A stretch of DNA of 64,000 bases from Tubiluchus corallicola (lineage: Eukaryota; Animalia; Priapulida), in contig JAQGDQ010000023.1 of the NCBI GenBank assembly GCA_030141605.1, positions 558,001 through 622,000 on the forward strand, given 5' to 3'. Numbering within the stretch: the stretch's first letter is position 1; the number at the start of each line of letters is the position of its first letter. The position numbers and the translations under genes were made by a program. Below the pieces are notes generated by a model, which was given only the letters and a program-made list of their open reading frames with translations, had not been told where the DNA came from and did no database searches. Shown here piece by piece: positions 26,301 to 39,900 of the stretch.

Positions 26301-29300
26301 CCAATTGAAGTGCAAAACATTTTTCAGATCTGATAATTTACAGTTAATTTTGTGCGTTTATTGGAGATGTCTGCAGAGTCCCACTCTGGGTAATTGGATT
26401 TGATAATGACTAAGGTCAGTTTTAGCACAAATATCAAGGTTAAGTAGGCCCTACTGTTGAATGGTGGATTCCGGTGGCAGAATGTTGAAATATATAAAAA
26501 TGGACGACGGTTAAACTTTTTGTGTGATTAGCATTGACATTTGTGTCAATTTTCTATTGACCTAGTTACATACGTTACATATTGACCTAGTAAGAATGTA
26601 ATCCTATTCTTGCATACCTGTGTGTAATGTCCATGCGCAAAAAGTTCAAAATGCCCTGGGAGACCATATATAAATTTCAGTTGTTCTTTCATCCAGGCTT
26701 CTATGACTCTTGTCCAGTCATTACCGGTAAATCTTATTGCTAAATTTTGACCACAGATTGTACCATCTGTTGAATAAAGGCACACTTAATCACTGATAAT
26801 GTTACTGTCTGTGATTTTAATAATTTTATGGGTGAACATATCAAAATTGGGCACATTTCCCAGGCCAGTCGTAGTCATGCGTTATTAATGACACTCATTC
26901 TGTTAGAAGATATATGCGAAACATATACTATACAGAAAGTGTGAAGATTTGACTTTTTCTTGTTAAAGTAAGGTCTAGGTTAAGAAATGTTAATCTAATC
27001 CAATCTAATCTAGTCTAGTTTAGCCTGACCCAATCCAATCCCACTCAATTTAGCCAAATTCAACGTAATTCAAATCCAACCCAAGCTAACCTAACCTAGC
27101 CTTGTCTAGTCTAATTAACCTTCTCTAATCTAACCTCCTCCATTATTATTCCAACATTACTGGCAAATTAACGACTACGGGAATAAATTAGTCACATAAT
27201 TTGGCGAAAGCATATTACAGCATCGGACAGGGTCTTAGAACGTTTCTGGCATTTTATCTTTATAATTTACTGCAATAGTATATCGCGCGTTTACATTAAA
27301 TCTACAAAACGCTTTGAAACATAACTGAACCTTGGCAATCACGCAACGCAGTCATAGTTCATAAAATAGCAAAAAACATTTTATCACAAATCTTAAACTA
27401 TTAGTAGCTTGGCAAATTATTTTTCTTGACAAACTTCAAAAACCTGCAATAAACGGGACTGAATATTCGAGAACGGGTTTCGGGATTTGAGAAAAAATCG
27501 GGATCGAGGTTCGTGGGTCCGGATTCCGGCGACTTCGGTCACATACAGTCCTATATGTCTTATATGGAATAAAAATGGACAGACACATTAAGATACAAAG
27601 ACAAATGACGATAAAATTATGACAGATCCCTATTACTGTCCCCATTAGTTACTACTATTTCCACCAGACCTCTTCCTATGCTGTTTCCACAGATACTGTT
27701 CGCGCTAGTTACAACTATTTCTACACGCACTGTTCGTGCTAATTACTGTTATTTTACACGCATTGTTCCTGCAACTTACTGCTATTATTACACGCACTGT
27801 TCCTACTATTTCAGCAGGTACCGTCTCCACGAGTTACTACTGTTTCTACACGTACTGTTCCTACTAGTTACTACTATTTCTGCAGGTATCGCCTCTGCTA
27901 ATATTGCTGTTTCTACATGCACTGTTCCTACTAGTCACTGCTACTTCTACACGCACTGTTCCCATTAGTTACTGCTATTTCTACATGCACTGTTCCCACT
28001 AGTTACTGCTATTTCTACACGCACTGTTCCCACTAGTTACTGCTATTTCTGCACGTACTGTTCCACTAATTTCAGTGTGCCGGTCAGTCATATCAGAACG
28101 AATTTTAGAGTTAGGTTTAAATTAGAATTATTAAGTTCTAATCAATTCATATAGGTGACTCAAAACACATTTTGTCTCTATGTGGGCCTTCCTTGCTCAA
28201 ATGATACATGGCAATGATTAAATACATGATGCAGGGTTTCGTAATTATCACAATAAGGGCATTTGTTTGTTCCATGTCACTAGACTTGCTCGAGTTTGCA
28301 GAGTATCAATACTGGTATTTAACAGAAATTTCTGAACATTTACAACAGTATGCAAAACTCTTCCACGTTAAACATGAGTTTTCCAATCAAACCAATTCCA
28401 AGAATTAGCCCTGTACCAACGAGAGACTTAATAAGGTCATGCCAATTTTCAGACATTTCCTTACGGGTTGACTTTTAATAGCATTTTTGAGATTATTCTC
28501 ATTAAAACGAAATATGGTTTTCTATTGTTTTGTTTACAGCGCCTTTAGATAGCTTGTCCGAGTTTCCAATGTTGATTTCCTTACGGTCAAGTATTTATCT
28601 TTCCAGTTTTTCATTAACGGTAGTATTAACCAATTCGTCACCTTTTAATCTGAATGATGCACAAGAGAGTGTATCCGACTTTCTGTACAGAACGTAGATC
28701 AGTTTGTTAGGCATACTTCCGTTTAAACACGGAATAAGATGTGCACCAGATTCAGGCACACTTGCCCAGATTTAAGTATTAAGTTTTAACCTTTTAATTC
28801 ACGAGAAATAATTCCATCTCCCTCATGTGCGAAAATGCAGGTTTCAATGTGTTTCTCAGCTTGTCTTTCAGCTTCTGCATTCCACACCTGAAATTATGAA
28901 TAAAAAACAGTAACTTTATTCATTAATAATTTTTGTATTCTTAAATATTAGTGTGATAACAGTGTTCAAGTAATAATCGTCACGCAGGCGTCATCAGTTT
29001 GCCATAGTTTGTCATAATTTCATCAGTGCATTAGGATGTTTGGTGGGCAGACAACAAGGCAGTCAGATTTTCGTGTTCTAATTGTCTGAAAGTTATCTCC
29101 GCATTCCCCTATTGTAACTTTGTAAAGTGGGAATAATTGAGAACTTGTTCACGTTATTGATAAATCAAAGTCGAAATGGGATTTATTAATAAGAGGCTTT
29201 CCATATTGGGTTCAAACTTTATGCGAACAGTCAAGTGAAAAGTTTAAAATCTTAAAACGCGAATAAAATCTGGCATGTTTTTCATTATAATATTTATTAA

Positions 29301-31313
29301 AACTGATTTGTGTTCGACTGCGTTGATGGAACAGAGAAAATGCAATTGTTTTGAAGTGCATATTATTGCAAGCGCATTTCTGATTGGGAATGTTGATAAT
29401 GTCGTAAAACCAGTATAATATAAGTGAATGAATGATATAATATATTATAATGGACATTACGAAATTATCATTATTCCAAATCAGAAATGTCCTTCCAATA
29501 ATATGCATTTCAAACTAATTGACAACTACTCTGTTCCATCAACAGAACTAAAGACGTTAATGACTATTAGCGAAACGTTATTATTGAATCAGTTTTAATA
29601 AATATTGTAATGAAAGATATGCCAGCTTTTATTCGCGTATTAACAATTATGCGTTGCAATATGTTAAACTTTAGATCATTTTGACATATGGTCGAAAATG
29701 TGTATTTCCCATTAAGTTCTTATATGCTTTAAAAGACAGCAATTTAAATAACATTGAGCAATGTTTAATATTCTAAAAGTTTAATATTTTTATAAAAATG
29801 CTGGGCATAAAAAAGCACATCATACGTCTCACCAGACGTTTCATATCAGTAGGATAAAGACGCTGAACATTCTCCTTCTCCAGGTATTGAATCTCTTGAT
29901 ATCCAGCTCGAATATCATTGTGCAGATTCAGGATTCCAACTTTGACATCATCGTTTAGCTCCAACAATTCGCTTTCAACAGCTAAGATAATTGCTAATTG
30001 TAAAAAAACGATTCATTAACAGACGATTATCACAAGAAGTACCAAAGATAAGTAACAGTTACTATATCTGCAGTTTCCGACAACGCCAGTTGTTACAACA
30101 ATAATGTCCATCACGCATGTGTAGCCGCTTTAGTCAGTTAAATCGTGATTTATTTTTGAAAGGCTGCATAGTTTCGGATGGTTTCCCCTCCCTTCCAAAT
30201 TGTGGTTGTGATTATTGTTTTGAAACCACAGAACATATCTTCCTAAATGCCCTCATTATTATCAAGCCAGAGATGCTATGTTCAGTCAGTGAAATAACAC
30301 ATTATTGTCTTTAAAATATCAATATTTTACAATATAGTAAAAGTGAATTGTTGTCATTGTATCTTTCTAGAAGAAATTATTTTTAGATTGCTATTAACTG
30401 TAGAATTTTTGATTGCGTCCAAAATTACATTAGAAGTACTAAACGTTTTAATGTGATCAGACTTTGGGTTCCCTTTTACGTATTTATAGTGAATTTTAAG
30501 ACAGTTGTTGTCATTATTTCATTGTTTCAAAGTATTTGTATTTATGTATGTCTATCTGAGTTTATTTCTATTTATATTACTTTATTTTTTCTGTACTTAT
30601 GCTTGCACATACAATTGCATGGTGAGGATTCATGTATCAGTTTTAAAAACTTTCTAATCTGAACCAAATTAACTGTCTTTAAACTAATGTGCTCAGTTTT
30701 GGAAACGAGAGTAAATATTTTCAGGCTGCGATTTTCTTTGCATCTTTGTTTAATGTATTGAATAACCAGGGGCAGAATTGCTGATAAAGTTGTTCCAAGC
30801 AGTTTTCACTGAGGTTATCCTTTCATTTAGTGAACCCTTTGACGTCTATTGCATAGTGCATAGTACAACAACGTTCAACTATTCGTAAGGCACAGTTAGA
30901 ATTGAAAATTAATTTGTAAATTTTGCTAGTTGTAAATAATTCTGAAATACATAACGGGTTATGACGCAGTCTAGATTTGTGTTAGGGACCTTTGAGATAT
31001 AAGTCCAATAAGTTAAGTTGTCAGGGTTTGTGAGCATAGCAGACGCCTAGCCAAACTAATAAATTACTGGGTAATAGAAGATCTAAGCTTGTTTATAACG
31101 GCGACTATTCTACATTTGCCAATGCATTAGTGGTCTATAAGCCTGTGACCTTTAAAGCGCATAATAGCCCTCATTTTTAGTTTATTATCTTAAACATTAA
31201 GATTAAACAAACAACATACATCTAGAACTCTGCAAAAAATATTTTGAATAAAATTTGATCGATAAATACCACTTACCCACAACAAGCAGCAGGCAATGCC
31301 GTTCAAGTTCCAT
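23347..31313 (-). CDS. Secreted CAP/SCP (CRISP/antigen 5/PR-1) protein with Cys-rich hinge and acidic C-terminal tail, ~340 aa
   Basis: Exons 31313-31277, 29993-29833, 28887-28803, 26766-26618, 25827-25742, 24604-24450, 23696-23347 (1023 nt, in frame). Signal peptide MELERHCLLLVVAIILAVES; LNLHNDIR, VWNAEAE, CIFAH, CGQNL, WMKE, GHYTQVVWAKTCSIGC, YACNYCQMGN, CSQC..CEEGLC. The last junction is the least certain. Confidence 0.88.
23963..24425. mobile_element. Kolobok-like MITE with TTAA target duplication
   Basis: ttaa-aagaaaacagg ... ccggctttcct-ttaa; homologous copy at 46938-47537 (ttaa-aggaaaacagg) and a partial copy at ~44402-44675. Confidence 0.75.
26255..26440 (+). mobile_element. tRNA-derived SINE-like repeat (family B)
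   Basis: gaaggtctgggttcgtgtcccaattgaagtgcaaaac resembles the 4296-4480 copy. Confidence 0.5.
27630..28070. repeat. ~34-bp minisatellite, about 12-13 degenerate copies
   Basis: Unit ttactgctatttctacacgcactgttcccactag. Confidence 0.92.
29252..29643. mobile_element. Foldback (long inverted repeat) MITE in CAP gene intron 2
   Basis: Nested inverted pairs: acgcgaataaaa/ttttattcgcgt, aatatttattaaaactgatt/aatcagttttaataaatatt, gttgatggaacagag/ctctgttccatcaac, tgcatattattg/caataatatgca, catttctgatt/aatcagaaatg; TTAA at both ends. Confidence 0.85.
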
Positions 31314-32077
31314 TGCAAAATTCTAATTCTCTAATGCACAATCACATCATTCTACGAATTTTCAAGTGTCGCGTGCCGTTGAGAATCATAGCTGATCTGC
31401 ATTTTAGATGTTAAATTCTTATCTTGTGTTGTATAATAATGTGGTATAGGCATCTGTCGCAGGTGTTGCAAGAGTATAGGCGCATATTGTAATAATATGC
31501 ACATGCTGTGGTGACTAACTCAGGGCATAATTTATAAGATGAATTATTTCTAAGATTAAGGAAATTAGTCCAATTAGGATTGCACAAGTTATAATAAATA
31601 ACGTCAATATTTTTGCGCTATCCTACTTCAAAACTTTTCGTAAAGAAGTTATTATTTATACGACGTTTAATAATACGCACAAACACTTCAGTTTTTTCTT
31701 ACCAATGGTACTACATTTATAAAGGATTGCATTTCTCGCTTCTAAGTTTTCCCTAGAGCTGCTTCTACACGTAACAGTTTTGTGTTTCAATCACCGCCGA
31801 AAAGCGTAGCTCATAGTTTTACATACCCTGACAAGTTCAATTTGAATAAACCAGTTTTAGAAGCTATAGTAAAAGTCAAAACACATCATGCACCATGGTT
31901 TCACGTAGCAATGCACGGTGGGCTGTTTCGCTACGTTAATCTCTCACCGGGACCTACCTTATTTTCAAACAATATTTAATTTTTCAAAAACACACATGTA
32001 CGTACACATGCACCCATATAAAATGAACACCGTAACTGCTTGTAAACAGGTTTTTATTGGCGTTTTAGTCATGCTTC

Positions 32078-32486
<409 letters not shown>

Positions 32487-33071
32487 GGAAATACGTTTGG
32501 TCAGTAATGTTAATGTACGTCAATCCACTTAAAATTAGTAAAGTTTACATATAATTAAGTAGCAGATCACACGACAAACATTTAGAAATGAATACATAAA
32601 GGCAAACACATATACACTTAACTAAACAAATTTAACAACTTAATTTATACTAAACAAGCATTAGGAACTATTTTTATAATATTTTGTTATAAACTTTTAA
32701 AGCCTACTAAAACAAAGAACTGTAAAAAATTAAGAACTAAATTGAACTAACTAAGCATTCGAAACAAAATTTAATCACAAAGAGCATAAAACCACCATGT
32801 ATTGATTGCAGTTGAAACTTACAACATTAGTATGTTTACATGATTTACATATGCTAATGGTATGAACTCTGAATATGGATATATGTAATACTGATGGTTT
32901 TGAAGGGTGAAATGTGGGAAATGTGGAACCGCCCCCTGTTTGGAAGCCCACTTGGGGCATCTGCGCAAAATCTAAAGGAACACAAATATTTCAGCAAGTA
33001 CTTCTGAAGTGGAGGTAAGTGAAGCCACTTATAACATTTTGGTTGTTAGCTTGTCACACACATCTGGCGTA

Positions 33072-35895
33072 ATGGAGACGAAGTGTTTCTATTTGTGTTT
33101 ATTCGCCGTACTCTTGTGCGTTTTACCATGTAGAAGTAAAGTAATCAGAAAATGTCGAAAATTTGACTACATCTACGCGGGTTGCACTTGCGAGGAATCA
33201 TACTCTGACAATAATCCTCAAATCATCTGTAATTATCTTACTGAATCGCAGTTAAAACGGGCAGTGAAGGGACTCGATCAACCAATTGGGGAACTATATC
33301 TCGTCTACTACAAGGGGGATGCCTTACCAGAAAAGTTTCTGTATGGAAAAACGGTGGAGAAATTTAGCCTGGAAAGTAACAAAAAGGGTTTGCAGTTGAC
33401 TGAGAAGACATTTCTTGGTGTCAAGGGAACAACTTCACTTAGTTTCGACAAGGTCAATGTAACTTCGATTGATGCCAGAGCATTCATATCGCTAACTCGT
33501 CTGTACGAGATCTCTATAGTCAACAGTCCCAGCGTAGAGTCCGTTAATCTTGATCTGTCAACCCTTCCAAACTTAGATTCGTTGCAATTGAAGAACAACA
33601 ACATATCTCGCATAAGCAAGCCAATGTTTCACCCTGACATTCAGACAAAATCAATCTCACTAAATATCGAAGGTGAGTTTGTTGTATTTAATGTAAAGAT
33701 AATGTATCAAAAACATTAAAATTGTTTGTTACTGCAATAAACAGATGATTAAGCGAAGGCGTGTATATATGTTGAAGTCAGCACATTAAGTTATCACCGC
33801 GGAACACTTAATTAAAGCAAAGTTCTATTTATTTTTCTCTAAATGACTAATCTACAATGCGAAGCATTGAGTTATTCGCTTATTGACTTCTTTCTGCCCA
33901 ACTAGCTATTTATCGTTTTACGTTGAATCCATTTGATCGTAAAAGCATAGAATGCAGAGTAACTTTACTGTGACGTCAGAAAATAAAAACTTATTGCGCG
34001 TGAACAACCAGAACTAGAACAACAACACAGCGAAAGAGACAGCTTTATAAAGTTACTACTCAAGCAAGAGTAGCCCAAAAAATTCAACTAACTGCTGACG
34101 TTGAGTTATTTTTTAATAAACTACAGTTTTTTAACTAACACGATTAAAAACGTTCTATTAAAATTGCAAATGTGTTCAAACTTCCGACAGCTTTAAATAT
34201 TTAGCTAGATTTCCATCAACGCAGTTTACGAAATAAGCTAATGTAATTTTATACAGATTTTGTTATGTTAAGAGATAAAGATGGAATTTTCATTATACTG
34301 CGATATATATAATTATAGTAATCTTAATGTCAAGGTTATTATAAATAAAGGTATAAACGCGCAATGAACTCAAAAGACAGGAAGCGTAAAAAAGTTGGAA
34401 ATCGATTTAGTTGCGCAAATATAGGGGATGACATTGGCTATTTGGACTTGCCTTGACCACTGCGTCTGTCTTGTAAATCGAAGGTCGTTGGTATAAATCC
34501 AGATTATATTTCAACTTTTTTCCTGTTCTGTTTTTCAAATTTCGTGCCAAAGTATGATTAGCTGTGAGTTTGTACCATCATTATGACGTGCATATTATTT
34601 ATTTCTTGTTACGCATTAGGCAATCCTTTAATCTGTGACTGTGGACTTCACTGGCTCTGGAGCTCTGAATGGAACTGGGAATCAAACACTGCCTTGGGCG
34701 TCTGTAGCAAACCAGTAGAACTTGAAGGAATTAAGATTCGAGCTCTGACCAAGTGTACTACGTGTTCCACTTACCAATGTCGTTCCACTGGTAATGTTCT
34801 TCATTTATATTATTGTATAATATTGAGTATCCTGGAAGTGTGGTACCACATTATTATTATTTATTTTATTTCAGACATTTAAAGGCCATAAAACAAGAAT
34901 AAAAATAAAGCACAAGTAAAAACAAGTAAAACAAGCACAGAGTTAGTTTACAGAAACATAATAAGCTTATACACAAGAAAAGGTTAGTTAGAAAGGTATA
35001 TCAAAATTCTCTTTTAAGTTAAAACTTAAAACTGTTCGAACTAAAAATTTTATCAGTATTGTACGTTATTAATACTAATATCAGAAAGTTATTAATACAG
35101 TAACAGTATTCTGGCCCAAAAGAGACAGCCTACTTCTGAGACTGAACACAGCTTTCCTACATGTGCAGGAAAACTACGTACATTGTAGCTGACATACATT
35201 TGGCTTGCGCTACAGCGACTAGAAAGATTATAGAGTCCTCTTGTACATAATAAACAACGTTGATGTTTATTATCAAGAGCATCATGTAATGTGTTGCCAT
35301 CAGTGTTAGTCGACCTGTAACCCAAATATTTCTGGTCAATAACAAAATTAACATTAGAACCATTTAGAATCACGCTGGAACACAAGAGATCAGCATATCT
35401 TCTGGATATGGAATATAAGCATTATCCTCTTATCAGAGCTATAGCATAATATTTTCTAAAGCAAAATTTTCACATATATTGAGCAGATGTTGAAGCTGTG
35501 AAATTGAAGTAGGAAACATATCAACTTACAAAACTGTTTACATATAGCACTGTTATAATAAATGCTTAGTAAATAATTTTTGCTTACCTTTCTATGTTTT
35601 CTTTTTTCAAAAATGTAATGAATTATTAATAAACTCGAAAATAATAAGTTGTAAATGATTTCAACTTCAGGTTAGCAAAGTCAATTGCTAGAAATTATAA
35701 TGTGACATTTAATGCGAAACTTAATTTTTTACTACAGCAATTTTAACCCCTGTTTAAATAATTCGGGTTTTACTTTCAACTTAATAATTTAATTACGAGC
35801 TCAATTTTAATTAATTATTAATTTTCTTTTTAGGCAATAGTAATCAAAGGACGTTATGGCTGGTGGCTGTTACACTCATTATGTTACTTTTGTAA
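33072..35895 (+). CDS. Extracellular leucine-rich repeat protein, probably GPI-anchored, ~277 aa
   Basis: Exons 33072-33672, 34620-34790, 35834-35895. Signal peptide METKCFYLCLFAVLLCVLPCRS, Cys-rich N-cap (C..CTC..IIC), about 6 LRRs (e.g. LDSLQLKNNNI), LRRCT GNPLICDCGLHWL..CSKPVELEG, and a terminal hydrophobic tail TLWLVAVTLIMLLL followed by the stop. Confidence 0.9.
34850..35520 (-). mobile_element. Decayed L2/CR1-group LINE 3' fragment in LRR gene intron 2
   Basis: Minus-strand remnants QLQHLLNICENFA and VILNGSNVNFVIDQKYLG (RT C-terminal KYLG motif); 3' end atgtctgaaataaaataaataataataat. Confidence 0.65.
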
Positions 35896-36934
35896 TGATC
35901 GATTTTTCATTGGCAGCAGTGCTTGATATTTGTAGCTTCTAGTGCCTGAATCTAAGCCAATGTAGGATATATATATAACCGTACATTATTTGTTTTACCA
36001 TTTTTAACATCGTTGTACGTTAAATATTTAAAAGCGTGAGATTACCAAATTGCATATGACCATGTAACGTTGTAATCAACAATTTTTGCGTAATATATTT
36101 GAAGAGTTATGTTGTAATGTTAGCCATAAAAGTTTTATTTAGCGTTTCTAGTTTGATTACCTTTATTCGCAAATAAATAATTGGTTAGTTGTTGATATTT
36201 AGAATAGTAAACGCTTTATGAGTTTTCTTTCTTTTGTTCGTAAACTACGTTTTTAAATCGATCACGCACAGCCGTAGACGTATGAGATTAAACTTTTGTG
36301 AGATTAAAATTATTTAGTAAGAAGGTAGGTTTGATGTACTTCCTACATTTGTAGGCCAGTATAATAGAAGTGAGGGTTGGTGTTCTTTTTGCACAAAATT
36401 CTCGCTGCTGTTACCGCACTCATTGCTGTTCTGAAGTAGTCTTCCTCTTCCTCTTTCTGCACCTCATGTTCAGCACCATTATAAGGGGCATAAATCATTA
36501 TCATTATTATTATCAGAAGCAGCAGCAGCAACAACAGCGTCAGCATTAACACAATTACTTAACGAAAAACAAATAGCACTTAAACTAGTGGTTGTACAGT
36601 AACTGGGAAAACACATATCTACACTTGTTGCAGACAAATTATGGAAGGGTTGAGATACCTAAAGTGAATGTTCACTCATTGCCTTCAGCTTGTAATTAGT
36701 GGTGCTCGTTGCATCATGATGGATGTAGGAAGTAATGTTACGACTCCTAATTATAACAATAGCTTGACCTTCCAATTTGAAACGCCAGTTTGTGGTGCAA
36801 GTGATCAGCAGATCTTGCGTCGAGCATCAAAGACGTTAAGAAACTTGAAAATATACAACACACAGTAAAGTTATCGGCTGTTCTTAGTTTAACAAAGCTT
36901 TGAGTTCTACATTTTTGGGCGAAAACGAGTTAGT

Positions 36935-39900
36935 ATGTTTCGAATGAAGACTCGTTCCTTGCTGTGTGTTCAGGTTGTAGTGCTGATAGTATCTTTTCTG
37001 CAAACCTTATTTATTTTTCTTGGCGGTTTTCGCATTCGAGGAGCGCTAGTGGTAGGCGAAAACAACACTGATTGTGAAATGAGGGTAAAGTGTACAACAG
37101 CAGCTTCGAACAAGGATGGTAACAGTTTTCAAAATAAAACATACCAACGTAGTAGTACCATAAGTGATATAAACATGTCGACTTACTATGACGTGACAAA
37201 ATTAAAAGCAGCCAGATCACAGTCTGTGCCATCTACTACTACTCAGAAACGGGAAAAGCTTATAAGTATTAAATTTCAAGAGGTCATTAAAACAGAATTT
37301 CACGATCCCGTCACGGATAAAATTCTTCACTACACAAAAGTCCTAAATTTCATCCAATCCGATGAGGAGTTCCCACGCCAGAAGTCGATGACCATTGCAA
37401 CTCAGTTGTCTTGGCAGTTTTTACATCATTTACCTGATCTTGCTGAGAGGTTTGATGGACCTATATCAGCAGCAATATATACGCCAGGTGACAGTTTTCA
37501 ATTCGTCATGGACAGAATCTCACTGTACAGAAACTGTTCAACCAACTTCCTCAACAAAGTTACGGTTTCTCTATTTTTCCCCACATACTCGCCTCCCTAC
37601 AAACACAAACGAGAACAAAAATCCACGATTAAGTGCAGCGATGTGCTCGCGGCTCCTAAGGACGGTCCGGACATGTCCCAATATGGCACGTATCCTATAA
37701 ACGTTGGGAGAAATACTGCTCGTCTGGCAGTTTATACTGACCACATTCTGCTAGTGGATATCGAACTAAAGCCTACTCCTAATTTGATGAACAGCTTCTT
37801 TGAGATGATAGACAGAAACGATATCCACCCACCGGGTAATGTCGCCTACGTGATCCCACTTTTTGAGATTGCCGAGAACCAGGAGATGCCGAATGACAAG
37901 GAGGAGTTGAAGAGACTGTTGGCTAACAAGCGCGCAGTGCCCTTCCATAATGTAAGTAAAACATTGGTTTCGAGAAAGGATACATTCAAACATGAACCCA
38001 CGAAAGTGGCTACATCTCGGCAAAGTGTCTCACCAATTGAATTCATTCTCAGCATGTATCTTGCCTGTGTTGTACATAAGCATTCAGACGTAGTTAATGT
38101 AAATGGTAGTGACTGGACAATAACTTAATTCGCTATCAAGGATGAGACACTGAACTAACAGAAGTGTTCCTAGCCACATCCAAATGTCTGTACATACAAT
38201 GACTTTACATCTTCAGTTAACCAAATAATTGATTAATAACTGTACATAACTACCCGTTCATTTATAGTTAGGGATGATTTTTTATAACTTTTTATAGATT
38301 TTAAATTATTACTATGTGAGGTGACCCCGTCCTTGACGTCGTCGTCGATGGTGATGTTGACGATAGTGATCAATTACTAATGATGATATTTGATCAAATA
38401 GAAAATCAGTGCAGAGCCATGGGCAATAATACATTACGCTTGTTATTCTTTTCTTTAAACGTTTTTATTGCCGCTATAGAATACGTGTGAAGAATGTCAC
38501 GGAATACCTTACTACCAAGAATGGTTGGACTGGAAAACATCTAAATCACTGGAAATATTCTACCTAACCAAGTGGATTCCATTCACATGGGAGCCAGTTT
38601 ACATAGGTATAGTATAACAGATAGGGCCAAATGTCGAACATAGGCTAATGTCAGACAATGAGTTTTACGTTTTCTTAAAACCTATTAAATTACCTGGACG
38701 TTGATTTTTCCTTTCATTGTTAATACTGCCACGTCACATCTTTAGAACAGCATTTTCGCTATTGCCTAACAGTTCGTCTTCTAGCCGCCCTATGGTTATG
38801 AACATACAGGCTCGCTCAGTGCGTACGTTTATCCATAATAGCATTAACATTTTTTAATTTGCCGATAAATAGACTTACCGCAGTGATTATTTACAACAGC
38901 TTCCTCAGAAATAGTTTATTTTGTAAGTTACTTCTTCCCTAATGCTTTTATGCCACACTTTATAAAGCACCGTGTTTGTCTTTTATTATACAACACGCCG
39001 AAGTACTCCAACTTTACCACGAAGGCCTAGGTTAATGTCCAACTTTACCATGAAGGCCTACGTTAATGTCCAACTTTACCATGAATGCCTAGGTTAATGT
39101 CGAACATTTGAATTTTTCTGTTTCTGACTTCTCGTTGGAATTAATTATTTTTTGTGCAGAAAAATAACATTGATTTTTTGGCTATTTGAGCGAAAATGTA
39201 AAAATAAAACGGCTCTGATCGTTTTAGAAACATGGGGAAAACCATTATCGAAACGGCAGGTAAAAACGCTACAAATATAGAAAACTAGAAGAATAAAAGG
39301 GGAAACTTCAGCAGCTACAATTAAATGCAATCTGCCATCGGTGCATATTATTCTCAGATGACCAACACGGAGACAATTTTTGAGGGCATTGGCACTTGCC
39401 CATTCTATTCTATAACATTTCTCTCATGTCGTCACAGATCAGCCTCGATGTTGCAAACCATTTATTAGAATTCAAATGCCATAACCACGAAGTTGTTAAT
39501 TACGTCCGACGCTACCCTGCCCAACTGTCCGACATTACTTGCAGGTGCCCGACATTACCCCATTTTTTGAAATGACGTCGCAAAGCATTTAAATACCACA
39601 GCATTTTACATTTTATACAGCTGTCCCCTTTTTTTGTACTTCGCAATTCCTTAACAACACAGCTTTAGTTTATCAGGATTATCTCAAGAAAATAGTAAAA
39701 ATTATGATAGAAACCTGAAAAAGTCATTTTGTCCTAGATTAGCTCATTTTATGTTACAGGCACCTATAGTTAATATACTCAGATTGTATGGTACATGTAA
39801 GGGGAGACACTTACTTATTGCTCCCTCCCCAATTGCACAGAAGAAACCGAAGGGAGTAGATAAAAACGGAGAAAACCATGACATAGACAGAATAAATAAG

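Noticed and set aside
28540-28790. Coding-like minus-strand segment, possibly a transposase relic
   Set aside because: Interrupted by stops, with no recognisable motif.
33015-33049. 35-nt GT-AG mini-intron in the LRR gene 5' UTR
   Set aside because: Much shorter than any other intron here; cannot be supported without transcripts.
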